Source: Candidatus Bathyarchaeia archaeon
GTDB taxonomy: Archaea; Thermoproteota; Bathyarchaeia; Bathyarchaeales; Bathycorpusculaceae
Assembly: GCA_038883795.1 (NCBI GenBank)
Contig: JAVZLK010000003.1
Span: 1 to 64,000 of the forward strand
Length of the DNA: 64,000 nucleotides
Direction: 5' to 3'
Part shown: piece by piece, positions 18,972 through 28,063 of the stretch
Position numbering within the stretch: the first letter of the stretch is position 1
Layout: every line of letters begins with the position of its first letter
Translations under genes and position numbers: made by a program
Notes under the pieces: generated by a model
Databases searched by the model: none
Told to the model about the DNA's origin: nothing
What the model saw: the letters and a program-made list of their open reading frames with translations, nothing else

Positions 18972-20129
18972 ATGGGTGAAAGAGAGCTTCTTATGATTCC
19001 TGGTCCAACAAACGTTGACCCAAAAGTTTTAAGAGCCCTAAGCAAACCACCCCTATCCCACACAAGCCCAGAATTTGTTGAAATCTTCAAAGAAACCCTC
19101 AACAACCTAAAAAGGGTTTTCATGACGAAAAACGAGGTTTTCGTAATTGCTGGTTCTGGAACCTTAGCCTTAGAGATGGCCATAGCCAACTTGATAGAGT
19201 CTGGAGACAAAATCTTAAATTTGGTTGCTGGTTATTTTGGCGAGTATTTCGTTAAAATTTCAAGGGCTTATGGAGCGGAGGCAAAAGTTTTGGAAGTGCC
19301 ATGGGGTGAGGCGATAAAGCCAGAGATTGTTAGGAATGCTTTAAAAGAGGACACTTACAAGGCGGTTACTGTTACTCACGTGGAAACATCTACTGGTGTT
19401 GTAAACCCAATTATGGAAATAGGCGAAATTGTTAGAGAAAACAGTGATGCCTTCTATATAGTGGATACTGTCTGTTCTTTAGGCGGAATGGAGGTTCGGG
19501 TTGACGAGTGGAACATAGACGTTTGCGCCTCTGGTTCGCAGAAATGCATAGGGGTTCCGCCAGGCTTAGCCCTGCTTTCAGTAAGCGACAAAGCTTTGGC
19601 ATATGTCGAAAAGCGGAAAAATCCAGCAAGCGTTTGTTATGGAAGCTTCCTAAACTGGCTTCCAGTTATGCGGGACCCATCGCAATATTTTGCAACACCA
19701 CCAGTTAACATGATTTATGCCCTTTCTGAAGCATTAAAAATTTTGCTTGATGAAGGGTTAAGTGAGCGGTTTAGAAGGCATCATGTTTTGGCTGAGGCTT
19801 TTAGGGCTGCAATGGACGCCTTAAACCTGAAATTGGTGGCAGATAGGAGACACACGGCTGACACCGTTACCGCTGTCTACTATCCAGAAAATATTGATGA
19901 TGTAAAATTTAGAAGCGAAATGAAAAAGCGCGGAATTGTTGTTGCTTCCACCTTGGGACCCTTAAAGGGGAAAGGCTTCAGAGTAGGGCACATGGGAAAT
20001 GTAAGTCAAAACGATATATTCTCTACAATAGCAGCTATCGAAGTGTCTTTGAAAAGTTTAGGGTACAATTTCAAACTTGGAGCTGGATTGGCAGCTGCTG
20101 AGGATAAACTTCTTTCCCTAAAACGGTAA
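18972..20129 (+). CDS. Class V PLP aminotransferase (alanine-glyoxylate/serine-pyruvate family)
   Basis: LMIPGPT, HVETSTG, VDTVCSLGG, SGSQKC (PLP lysine), FRVGHMG; SD GGGAGG upstream of ATG 18972. Confidence 0.92.
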   Translation: MGERELLMIPGPTNVDPKVLRALSKPPLSHTSPEFVEIFKETLNNLKRVFMTKNEVFVIAGSGTLALEMAIANLIESGDKILNLVAGYFGEYFVKISRAYGAEAKVLEVPWGEAIKPEIVRNALKEDTYKAVTVTHVETSTGVVNPIMEIGEIVRENSDAFYIVDTVCSLGGMEVRVDEWNIDVCASGSQKCIGVPPGLALLSVSDKALAYVEKRKNPASVCYGSFLNWLPVMRDPSQYFATPPVNMIYALSEALKILLDEGLSERFRRHHVLAEAFRAAMDALNLKLVADRRHTADTVTAVYYPENIDDVKFRSEMKKRGIVVASTLGPLKGKGFRVGHMGNVSQNDIFSTIAAIEVSLKSLGYNFKLGAGLAAAEDKLLSLKR

Positions 20130-20157
20130 ATAAGGCATATGCGCTTAGTGAAGTTTT

Positions 20158-20778
20158 ATGGAAATGATTACGGATTTCTACCTTTTTCTAATTTCAGTAA
20201 TTTTAGTCTCCTTATCTGGAGTTATGTCGCCTGGTCCCTTGTTTGCTGTAACTATTGCAAAGGCTAGCAAAGAAAAGAATGCTGGATTTCTCATATCCAT
20301 TGGTCATGGAGTTGTGGAATTCCCCATAATGTTTCTCATTTACTTCGGTTTTGCTTGGGTTTTCGCTTCACCGCCTGCGCAGAAAGTTATAGGTCTTGTG
20401 GGTGGAGCGTTAATGGTTTACTTGGGGTTGAATATGCTGAAAACTCGAAAAGAAATGGAAAAGGAATCTTCTTATTTCAAGTATGGCTCCATTGTTTCTG
20501 GGATTCTTGCCACAGCTGGTAATCCCTATTTCCTTTTTTGGTGGGCTACTATTGGAGCTTTTTTAATTATGAACGCTTCGTTCTTTGGGTTTGTTGGCTT
20601 TTTACTATTCGCTATAATCCATTGGTTCTGTGACCTCGTCTGGAACATTTTTGTTTCGCTTACAGTTTTTAAATCGAGACGTTTTTGGACAAGAAGGGTA
20701 CATGAAATTGTTTTTGGTTTTTGTTTTCTAGTTTTGATGGGGTTTGGAGTATGGTTTATTATTTCAGCGTTACTTTAG
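20158..20778 (+). CDS. LysE family translocator
   Basis: SLSGVMSPGPLF, GHGVVE, NPYFLFWWATIG; multiple TM helices. Confidence 0.88.
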   Translation: MEMITDFYLFLISVILVSLSGVMSPGPLFAVTIAKASKEKNAGFLISIGHGVVEFPIMFLIYFGFAWVFASPPAQKVIGLVGGALMVYLGLNMLKTRKEMEKESSYFKYGSIVSGILATAGNPYFLFWWATIGAFLIMNASFFGFVGFLLFAIIHWFCDLVWNIFVSLTVFKSRRFWTRRVHEIVFGFCFLVLMGFGVWFIISALL

Positions 20779-20802
20779 GGATGTGTGAGGTGAAAAAGGG
20801 AG

Positions 20803-21378
20803 ATGAGTGGTATGGAATTTAAGGTTGGTAAGGCAAAAATCGTTTTAGTTCAAGGCGACATAACAGAAATGGACACTGATGCAATAGTGAACGCTGCCAA
20901 TCCATCTCTCATGGGCGGCGGAGGCGTAGACGGAGCAATCCACCGCAAAGGCGGACCAAAAATCCTTGAAGAATGCAAGCGCATAAGAGCCACAGAATAT
21001 CCAAATGGATTACCAACAGGAAAGGCTGTCATCACTTCAGGCGGAAACTTAAAGGCTAAATACGTTATCCACACTGTTGGGCCCATATGGCGTGGAGGCT
21101 CAAGTGGTGAGCCACAACTTTTAGCTGAAGCCTACAGCAACTCGCTAAAATTAGCTGTCTCCAAGGGACTGAAAACTATTGCATTTCCAGCCATAAGCAC
21201 AGGCGCCTATGGCTATCCTATTGAAGAAGCGAGCGAAATAGCCATATCAACGGTTAAGGAATTTTTGGAAAAGGAGGATAATCTCGACAGGGTAGTGTTT
21301 GTTTTGTTTTCAAGTCGTGACTTCGAAATTTACAGAAAAACAGCAAGAAAAATTTTTAATTACCCAAGTTCAGCTTAA
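20803..21378 (+). CDS. Macro domain protein (O-acetyl-ADP-ribose deacetylase-like)
   Basis: GDIT..DAIVNAAN..LMGGGGVDGAIH, VIHTVGP, AFPAISTGAYGYP. Confidence 0.93.
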   Translation: MSGMEFKVGKAKIVLVQGDITEMDTDAIVNAANPSLMGGGGVDGAIHRKGGPKILEECKRIRATEYPNGLPTGKAVITSGGNLKAKYVIHTVGPIWRGGSSGEPQLLAEAYSNSLKLAVSKGLKTIAFPAISTGAYGYPIEEASEIAISTVKEFLEKEDNLDRVVFVLFSSRDFEIYRKTARKIFNYPSSA

Positions 21379-21963
21379 ATCAAGGATTAAGCATGGAACA
21401 AGGCTCATTCGGGTTTCATTTTGCAAGCTTTCTTTGAGTAGAAGTGGGTCTGCATACGCAATCAATGTTTTTCCGTCTGTGTTGGCTTTAATTCTCCAGA
21501 ATCTTTTCATATCCTTTTCCGCAAGCTTCCTTCTTCCTTCCATATCAGACTGTAATGCGAGTTCTATAGATTTTAAATAAAAATCCGTTATAGAATAATT
21601 CACCAACCTTAAATTAAATTTCAATTCTTTGTCGCTAAGTTTCTCTTTAGTTTTGAGGCTAGCGATTATGACATTTCCCAAATCTTTTAGACTTTCTTCC
21701 TTCAAAACTATTAAGGGACAAATGAATTTTGAAGCTTGAAGAAGCGAATCCAGCGCTGGGTTTTCCTCGATTTTTGGTAAGGTCAAAAGTTTCTTCCATG
21801 TCTGCTTAAGTCCTAAACTTTCGGAAATTCCAAGTTCTCTGTATTTAAATTTTCTTTTAAGCCAATCAAACTCTTCTTTTACAGAAACAGTTATTGAAAA
21901 GTAAACTATTCCTCTAAGATTTTTCACTAAATATAAATGTAAAGGCTCTGAAATTTCGTACAC
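21370..21963 (-). CDS. Hypothetical protein
   Basis: 197-aa ORF filling the gap, with TATA-like TTTTAAGG upstream; no motif recognised. Confidence 0.6.
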   Translation of the reverse strand: MYEISEPLHLYLVKNLRGIVYFSITVSVKEEFDWLKRKFKYRELGISESLGLKQTWKKLLTLPKIEENPALDSLLQASKFICPLIVLKEESLKDLGNVIIASLKTKEKLSDKELKFNLRLVNYSITDFYLKSIELALQSDMEGRRKLAEKDMKRFWRIKANTDGKTLIAYADPLLLKESLQNETRMSLVPCLILDLS

Positions 21964-22015
21964 AATAAAATTTGTAATTCATTAAAACCTTAAAACTTTA
22001 TCCATTTCTCTATAT

Positions 22016-22054
22016 GGCTGGCGATGTTGGCCGTAACCCGTCTTTAGTTTTTGG
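22016..22054 (-). repeat. Degenerate copy of the RNase P RNA 3' end (att-like direct repeat)
   Basis: GGCTGGCGATGTTGGCCGTAACCCGTCTTTAGTTTTTGG matches 24589-24627 at 35 of 39 nt. Confidence 0.85.
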
Positions 22055-22111
22055 GATGTGACTTTGAAGTTTACAGAAAAGCGGCAAAGGAGATTTTATG
22101 TTTTGTTTATA

Positions 22112-22720
22112 TCAAATTCTCATGTTGCGGAGAATACCCTTTCTTCCAATTCTTAATTGTTTCTCACCTCTAAAGGCGGATGTGTTTGCATTCTCAATTT
22201 GAACAGTGTCTCCTATGGATATGGAGTCTATCTGTTCGTTCCACAAGCATAGTTTAATTTCTCCCGTCTCATCTGCTATCAAAGCGTTGGCTACACTAGC
22301 ATAGTTTCCAAATCTTGTAAAAACAAGGATGGGTTTCGCGATTTCAAGAACCTTCGCCTTCACATTAACTTTTTTCATTCCTATCCTTAAATCTCCTATC
22401 TGAAAAGAATGCGGCTTAGCGTCTTTTATGATAGCGTATCCGCGGAACAGGTTTGTTTTTCTTACGTCTTTTATTGGGTTTTTCTTTTCCATTACAAATT
22501 CTTGAGGAATCGGGAACTGAGCCACAACTTTTTCGCCTTTTGTTATTAAAAGGATAATCCTGTTCTTTTGTTTACCACGGCATTCAACTAAGAGGTTTCC
22601 GCACGCGGATTTTCCAGTTTCGCTTGTTGAGACTATTGCATGGAAAAGCTTGTCAGGGTCAACCTCATATTTTATGGAAAGAAAAGCGAGGTATTCGCTG
22701 GGTGATGTTTTGTTTCGCAT
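22112..22720 (-). CDS. OB-fold ssDNA-binding (RPA/SSB-like) protein with an N-terminal extra domain
   Basis: C-terminal IGDLRIGMKKVNVKAKV...IADETGEIKLCLWNEQ...GDTVQIEN...FRGEKQL. Confidence 0.85.
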   Translation of the reverse strand: MRNKTSPSEYLAFLSIKYEVDPDKLFHAIVSTSETGKSACGNLLVECRGKQKNRIILLITKGEKVVAQFPIPQEFVMEKKNPIKDVRKTNLFRGYAIIKDAKPHSFQIGDLRIGMKKVNVKAKVLEIAKPILVFTRFGNYASVANALIADETGEIKLCLWNEQIDSISIGDTVQIENANTSAFRGEKQLRIGRKGILRNMRI

Positions 22721-22725
22721 TTTTC

Positions 22726-23013
22726 CTACTCTTTTTTAAGCGTTATCTCCATTGTCGAAACCATCCTTGACCTATTTTCACCCTCTCTCGGTGGCATTTC
22801 CTCTGTGCCTATGGATACCTTGCTTATTTGCAAATCTTTCATGAAGCGTCTTCTTGCTATTTCAGCTGCATCAACTGCCGTAGTAATTGCTTGTCCACGG
22901 GCTTTCAGTGTTATTTCTTTGGCGTTGCTTGCGGAAAGGCTTGTGATAATGGCTAAGACATAGGCCATGGGGGGTTTGTTTCCAATGAAGATAACATCCC
23001 TATTTTCCGTCAT
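22726..23013 (-). CDS. albA: DNA/RNA-binding protein Alba
   Basis: IFIGNKPPMAYVLA, LKARGQAITTAVDAAE, VSTMEI. Confidence 0.93.
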   Translation of the reverse strand: MTENRDVIFIGNKPPMAYVLAIITSLSASNAKEITLKARGQAITTAVDAAEIARRRFMKDLQISKVSIGTEEMPPREGENRSRMVSTMEITLKKE

Positions 23014-23135
23014 CTTTTTCACTCCTTTTTATGTTATTTGTTGCATGTAACGTTGCCTTATTTACGCGCATGTTCAATGGTAGAACGTTACTGATACATA
23101 ATCTTCAACCTTGCTTATAAAGACGATTGAAAAGG

Positions 23136-23279
23136 TTACTTAACAAACTTGGTTGGGTGTCTTTTGAATTTTTTCTTGCATGTTAACGAGCAAAAATAGT
23201 AAGTTTCACCTTCATAAGTAATTTTGAATTTAGCTGTCCTTTCGTCAAGAATTATTCCGCAGACAGGGTCTTTAGGCAT
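23136..23279 (-). CDS. YHS/TRASH domain small metal-binding protein (47 aa, below ORF-track cutoff)
   Basis: Translated by hand: MPKDPVCGIILDERTAKFKITYEGETYYFCSLTCKKKFKRHPTKFVK. Confidence 0.85.
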   Translation of the reverse strand: MPKDPVCGIILDERTAKFKITYEGETYYFCSLTCKKKFKRHPTKFVK

Positions 23280-23340
23280 TGGCTCTTAACCTCATGTAAG
23301 AATGTATGTTCTGCCTATTATGGTTATGGGAAGAAGCATT

Positions 23341-24450
23341 TCATGTTATTTCTTCTATTGTTGTTTTTGTGAGGGCTTTTATGTTGTTAAAGTTTATGAG
23401 TTCACCGTAGCCTACGAGGGTTATGGCTGTCCCCCCATGTCCCTTTCTAGCGGTTCTGCCTATCCTATGAAAATAGACGAGGGCATCTAATGGAACATCG
23501 TAGTTAATTATGTGTGTTATTCCTTGAATGTCTAAACCTCTCGCGGCAACATCCGTTGCAACAAGTAATTTTAGCTTTCCCTTTCTGAAAGAGTTTGTAA
23601 CAAAATCTCTTTGGGGTTGAGTGAAACCAGCGTGCAGTGGTTTTGCGTCATACCCCCTTTTTCTCAGCTTATCTGCGAGCATGCTTGTTCCCACTCGAGT
23701 CTTACAGAATATTATGGCTCTTTCTATATGGTTCTCGTCCAGAATGTTGCATAGAATTTCGAATTTGTTGTGGGGGTTTACAACCATGTAATATTGGGTT
23801 ATTTGTGAAAGGGCGATTTCGTCTTTGCTTACAAGTATCTTTTCAGGATTCCTAAGGTATCTACTGCATATTTTCATTACTGTCTGGTCTATTGTCGCTG
23901 AGAAAAGGCTTGTCTGCCTGTTTGACGGCACTTTTGAAAGTATGCGTGTAATATCGTCTATGAAACCCATGTCCAACATCCTATCCGCTTCGTCGAGAAC
24001 AACAACTTTTACCCACGCCAAATTTAGGACACGCCTTTCAAGCAAGTCAATGATGCGGCCTGGCGTACCAACGACAATTTGGGCTCCACTTTTAAGCGCA
24101 CGTATTTGTTTTCCAATGGGTTCTCCTCCGTAAACTGGTAAGACTTTCAGTTTTGTGTATTTTCCAAATTGGCTAATGTGTTCTGCAACTTGGACTGCAA
24201 GTTCACGGGTTGGCACTAAAACTAAACCTTGAACATCATTGACTTCTGGGTTTAATCTTTCAATCATTGGAATACCAAAGGCAGCGGTTTTTCCCGTTCC
24301 AGTCTGTGCTTGTCCAATAACGTCTTTGCCTTCCAATAATGGGATTATGGCTTGGGCTTGAATTGGGAAGAGATTACTAAAGCCAAGCTCTTCGATTCCT
24401 TTCATGACTTCCATACTTAACGGTAACTCTCTAAAGTATTGTTTTTGCAT
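23341..24450 (-). CDS. DEAD-box RNA helicase (core domains only)
   Basis: Q motif, AQTGTGKT, PTRELA, TPGR, DEAD, SAT, ARGLD, HRIGRTAR. Confidence 0.95.
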   Translation of the reverse strand: MQKQYFRELPLSMEVMKGIEELGFSNLFPIQAQAIIPLLEGKDVIGQAQTGTGKTAAFGIPMIERLNPEVNDVQGLVLVPTRELAVQVAEHISQFGKYTKLKVLPVYGGEPIGKQIRALKSGAQIVVGTPGRIIDLLERRVLNLAWVKVVVLDEADRMLDMGFIDDITRILSKVPSNRQTSLFSATIDQTVMKICSRYLRNPEKILVSKDEIALSQITQYYMVVNPHNKFEILCNILDENHIERAIIFCKTRVGTSMLADKLRKRGYDAKPLHAGFTQPQRDFVTNSFRKGKLKLLVATDVAARGLDIQGITHIINYDVPLDALVYFHRIGRTARKGHGGTAITLVGYGELINFNNIKALTKTTIEEIT

Positions 24451-24588
24451 GTTTTTCATCTCCTGCCACAAAATTTTTCATGCATTTTCCAAAAGCTTTC
24501 AGAAGCCTCGTTAATTACATGAATTAATGTGACAGTGACACCAAACGTAACACGCTTATAAAAAGGTTTAGCAAGCAAATGAGGAAAA

Positions 24589-24905
24589 GGCTGGCGATGT
24601 TGGCTGTAACCCGCCTTTCGTTTTAGGTGGCATTCGACTAATCGGGCTACCCGCGCCTCTGGGTAGATTCCTCACAGGCGTCTGTTTGCCCTTTCCACTT
24701 GCAGGGCGGCCGTTTCACCGCTTCGCATCCAGCATTCTCAACAACTTAGCATGTATCATTGGCAACTGCTGGATGGACGTTTCGTTTCTGCTCCGTTGCC
24801 AAGGCTCTCGCCTTACACCCTTGCGGGTGTTGCAATTCTACTTGTGGGCGGAGTTTCCTCAAGCCTCCTTTGAGGCTCGAAAGCCACCCGCCAACTTCGC
24901 CAGCC
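24589..24905 (-). ncRNA. rnpB: RNase P RNA
   Basis: P1 terminal pairing GGCTGGCGA-GTTGGC / GCCAAC-TCGCCAGCC; conserved regions GAGGAAACTCC, GCAGAAACG, GGTGAAACGGCC, AACGAAAGGCGGGTTA. Confidence 0.93.
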
Positions 24906-25000
24906 CAAAATATATTTGATGTAAGCGTTAGCAATAAGAATTTTGGAAACCTTATTTTGCTGTAAGGCTTTTACTATAAATGTTGGTGGATGTCGGTTTA

Positions 25001-25588
25001 ATGTTTAAACGGGTTATTCTGTTGACTGGGACACCATGTGTTGGAAAATCTTCTGTGGCGCAGCTTTTATGCCTCAAGCTTGATGCTTTTTACGTAAATT
25101 TAACTGAATTAGCCTTACGGGAAAATCTTGTTTCTGGCAAAGACATGGAGAGAAACTCTATCATTGTTGATGAAAGGCGAATGATGCACAAAATCAGAGA
25201 AATCATAACAAAATGCGATAAGGAGGATGTGATTATTGATGGACATTATGCTGTAAGTGTTGTTCCCAAAAAACTTGTGACTTATGTTTTTGTTTTAAGA
25301 CGTGACCCTGTAGAATTAAAGGGGTTTATGGAAAAGGCTGGTTTTTCTGGGCGTAAGTTGTGGGAGAATTTGGCTTCCGAAATTCTTGATGTTTGTTTGG
25401 TTGACGCCTTAAAGGTTCACGGGAAAGGGAAGGTTTGCGAGTTAAACGTTAGCGGAAAGAGTGTAGAAGAAGTTGTTAACGAAATTTTAAACATTCTAAT
25501 TGGTCATGGAAAATGTCGTGTGGGTGTTGTGGATTGGCTTGGCAAGCTAGAAAGGGAAGGTTTGTTGGGTGAATTTTTAAAAATTTAA
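25001..25588 (+). CDS. Adenylate kinase, AK6/Fap7 family
   Basis: LTGTPCVGKS, IIDGH, VFVLR, ENLASEIL, C-terminal VDWL. Confidence 0.88.
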   Translation: MFKRVILLTGTPCVGKSSVAQLLCLKLDAFYVNLTELALRENLVSGKDMERNSIIVDERRMMHKIREIITKCDKEDVIIDGHYAVSVVPKKLVTYVFVLRRDPVELKGFMEKAGFSGRKLWENLASEILDVCLVDALKVHGKGKVCELNVSGKSVEEVVNEILNILIGHGKCRVGVVDWLGKLEREGLLGEFLKI

Positions 25589-25591
25589 ATT

Positions 25592-25960
25592 TTACCTAAT
25601 TTTTGGAGACACTTGCCTTCTTGTTAGTAAAATGATTTTTCTTCTGTTTGCGTAAGCTTTTGCGTGATCGCTGAATTGTTCTCCTATTATTATTGGATTA
25701 GAAAGCCCCACATCTTCTGAAGCCTTATCCAAATTGATTATGACGTTTATTCCTATTGTTCTTTTCCAATCTTTTACCCAAACTCCCTGGGTTGTGCGCC
25801 CTTTCTGAACTATTAAATCAAATTTTCTCAAAATTCCACTGTAACCCTCAAGCGTGGTGTTTTCTTGTTCCACTTTGTAACCGTCTTTTTTAAAATATTG
25901 TATGGCTAATTCCATTAATGGAGATATTGGCTTTTTCTCTTCGCCTTCTTCTGTGCTCAT
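25592..25960 (-). CDS. Mrr-like PD-(D/E)XK fold protein
   Basis: YFKKDGYKV...GYSG...FDLIV...VWVKDW...FSDHAKAYA...IILL. Confidence 0.7.
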   Translation of the reverse strand: MSTEEGEEKKPISPLMELAIQYFKKDGYKVEQENTTLEGYSGILRKFDLIVQKGRTTQGVWVKDWKRTIGINVIINLDKASEDVGLSNPIIIGEQFSDHAKAYANRRKIILLTRRQVSPKIR

Positions 25961-26026
25961 TTCTCCTCCTCTAGTATTAAGGGTTATTTAGTTGTGTATG
26001 GAAAAGGTTTTCGGATAGGAGAAACC

Positions 26027-26245
26027 ATGAAATCTTTCCTAATAGTTGTCTGCCACAAGTGTGGTGGTTTTTTGTTGGCTAAGGCTGAACAGAAAACAAG
26101 GACATGTCCATACTGTGACGCCACAATTTTCTTAGAAAAGGCGAAGAAAGTAGCCTCAGCAAGCGATGCTGATGAAGCGTCTACGATTCTGCGTAAATTG
26201 AAAAGGGATGCCATGCTAAAACAGAAGAGTGCTAAGCTCCAGTAA
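26027..26245 (+). CDS. Zinc-ribbon protein (DUF1922-like)
   Basis: CHKCG...KTRTCPYC; SD GGAGA upstream of ATG 26027. Confidence 0.75.
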   Translation: MKSFLIVVCHKCGGFLLAKAEQKTRTCPYCDATIFLEKAKKVASASDADEASTILRKLKRDAMLKQKSAKLQ

Positions 26246-26987
26246 TGGTTTTTAGGTAAGCCATAAGCCCAATTCCCAAAATTATTGTTAGAAACTGGGT
26301 AATCGCGGTGCCCGCACGAGTTCTTTTGTGAAGTTCTGGCATGAGGTCTGTTGCTGCAATGTATATGAAACCGCCAGCGGCGAAAGCCACGAGAAAGGTT
26401 GTCATGCTTTCTATGTATGTGAGGATGTATGTTGTGATGGCGCCCAGAATTGCAGTTATTGCGGAAATGAAATTGTAGGTTAAAGCCTTCTTCTTTGTGA
26501 GACCGCCATAGATTAGAACTCCAAAGTCTCCAATTTCTTGCGGGATTTCATGGAAAATTACTGCTAGCGTAGTTGCGAAACCTAAGTGGTAATTGCCGCT
26601 TGCGAAGGAAAGGATGTAGGTTGCTGCGATTATCATTCCATCAATGAAATTGTGAATTCCATCACCAACTAAGTTCAGGTATACAAACATGTGGACTGGG
26701 CATTCTTCTTCGTGGCAGTGGCGCCAATAAAGAAACTTTTCTAAGGCGAAAAAGGAAACTATCCCTATTATAACGTAATAGAAAGCTGCTTCTCCAAATT
26801 CTGAATTTATGGCTTCCGGCAACAAATCCAAAAATGCGCTTCCTAAAAGGGTTCCCGAAGAGAAGCCTACAAAAACCATTAAGACACGTTTTAACAAGTT
26901 TTCCTTTAAGCCTATGAAAACAATTCCTGTCAATGACATGAGGCTGACTGTTGTAACTGAAACCAATGTGGCAATTAAATCATTCAT
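26232..26987 (-). CDS. ZIP family zinc transporter
   Basis: GDGIHNFIDG, HEIPQEIGDFG, AGGFIYIAATDLMPEL. Confidence 0.93.
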   Translation of the reverse strand: MNDLIATLVSVTTVSLMSLTGIVFIGLKENLLKRVLMVFVGFSSGTLLGSAFLDLLPEAINSEFGEAAFYYVIIGIVSFFALEKFLYWRHCHEEECPVHMFVYLNLVGDGIHNFIDGMIIAATYILSFASGNYHLGFATTLAVIFHEIPQEIGDFGVLIYGGLTKKKALTYNFISAITAILGAITTYILTYIESMTTFLVAFAAGGFIYIAATDLMPELHKRTRAGTAITQFLTIILGIGLMAYLKTITGA

Positions 26988-27039
26988 ATGCTTTTGTGTT
27001 CAAATCTTCTTCTTTATATGAATATCGGTTAGGCTATGC

Positions 27040-28014
27040 TTAGCCGATTTCCTTAAGCATTTGACAAGTTTTGCATAACCTTCCTGTAGTTGGTTCTCCA
27101 CATTCGCTGCACTCCTTCAAGCCTTCCCTTTTAGCAATTTTTCCTAGTGCTGGACGAATTCTGTCTATGGATTTGAAAATTGTGAATTTTATTCCAGTAT
27201 GCCTTTCCTCCATGCGGTTTAGCATTGTGCGAATGTCGTTTCTCAAGGCTTCTGAAGCGTATGGGCACGGCATACTTTGAAACTTTATTTTTTTGACATA
27301 AGCATAAAGGGCTGTTTCCTTTTCTGGAATTTCGCAGAAGGGCTTCACCTTCTGCACAAGTTTTGGATGAGCCTCATCTGTTACAGGTTTTTCTCTTGCT
27401 ATGCGTAAAACATCGCCATGAAAAATGTTTAGGAGAATTGTTTGGGTTTCATCGTCTAATGTGTGGGCTGTTGCAATTTTGTCTGCTTCCAGTTTTCTTG
27501 CGGCTATGTTTAATGCCTTTCTCCTCATTACGCCGCAGTATGCGCACGGTGTCAGCCTTGAATTGCCTTTCTCTTTCAACTTCTTGACAATCTCGTCAAG
27601 CCTATACCCATAAAGTTCTTTGAATGAAACTATGTGATGTTCTATTCCGAGTTTTTTGCAGTTTTCCCTTGCTATTTTTAATGCTTCGTCACGGTAGCCA
27701 CTAATTCCTTCATCCACGGTAACCGCCATAAGCGAAGCTTTTGGGTAATCCCGCTCTATTTTTGCCAAGATGTGGAGGAGACTGACGCTGTCTTTTCCTC
27801 CAGAAACAGCAACAACTATCCTATCATCAAACTCAAGCATTTCATACTTGGCGATGGTTGCCTTAACCTTCGCCTCAATGGATTCTATGAAACATTTTTT
27901 GCATAGTTTTTCTCCAGAGTATTGCCTATAAAAAAACGCTTCTCTACGCTTGCAAATGCTGCATTGCATGGCATTTTGGCTCATTTGCGCTTCACATTTT
28001 CTTATCTGCACCAA
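27040..28014 (-). CDS. tRNA 2-thiolation protein (TtuA/Ncs6, TIGR00269 family)
   Basis: Terminal Zn fingers, SGGKDS PP-loop, CAYCGVMRR, TAHTLDDE, CPY. Confidence 0.9.
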   Translation of the reverse strand: MVQIRKCEAQMSQNAMQCSICKRREAFFYRQYSGEKLCKKCFIESIEAKVKATIAKYEMLEFDDRIVVAVSGGKDSVSLLHILAKIERDYPKASLMAVTVDEGISGYRDEALKIARENCKKLGIEHHIVSFKELYGYRLDEIVKKLKEKGNSRLTPCAYCGVMRRKALNIAARKLEADKIATAHTLDDETQTILLNIFHGDVLRIAREKPVTDEAHPKLVQKVKPFCEIPEKETALYAYVKKIKFQSMPCPYASEALRNDIRTMLNRMEERHTGIKFTIFKSIDRIRPALGKIAKREGLKECSECGEPTTGRLCKTCQMLKEIG

Positions 28015-28063
28015 TTACTAAAAATAAATCAAATACAATAGTCTTTTGAAAAGGAGCAAAACC

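Larger units (their letters stand above)
22016..24627. mobile_element. Putative integrase-less islet integrated at the rnpB 3' end
   Basis: Four co-oriented genes enclosed by the 39-nt direct repeat; no recombinase inside. Confidence 0.6.

Noticed and set aside
18813-19210. Apparent 400-bp overlap of two divergent long ORFs
   Set aside because: Both ORFs are over-extended; starts at 18895 (-) and 18972 (+), each with an SD sequence, remove the overlap.
24686-24965. Three short ORFs
   Set aside because: They overlap the RNase P RNA gene.
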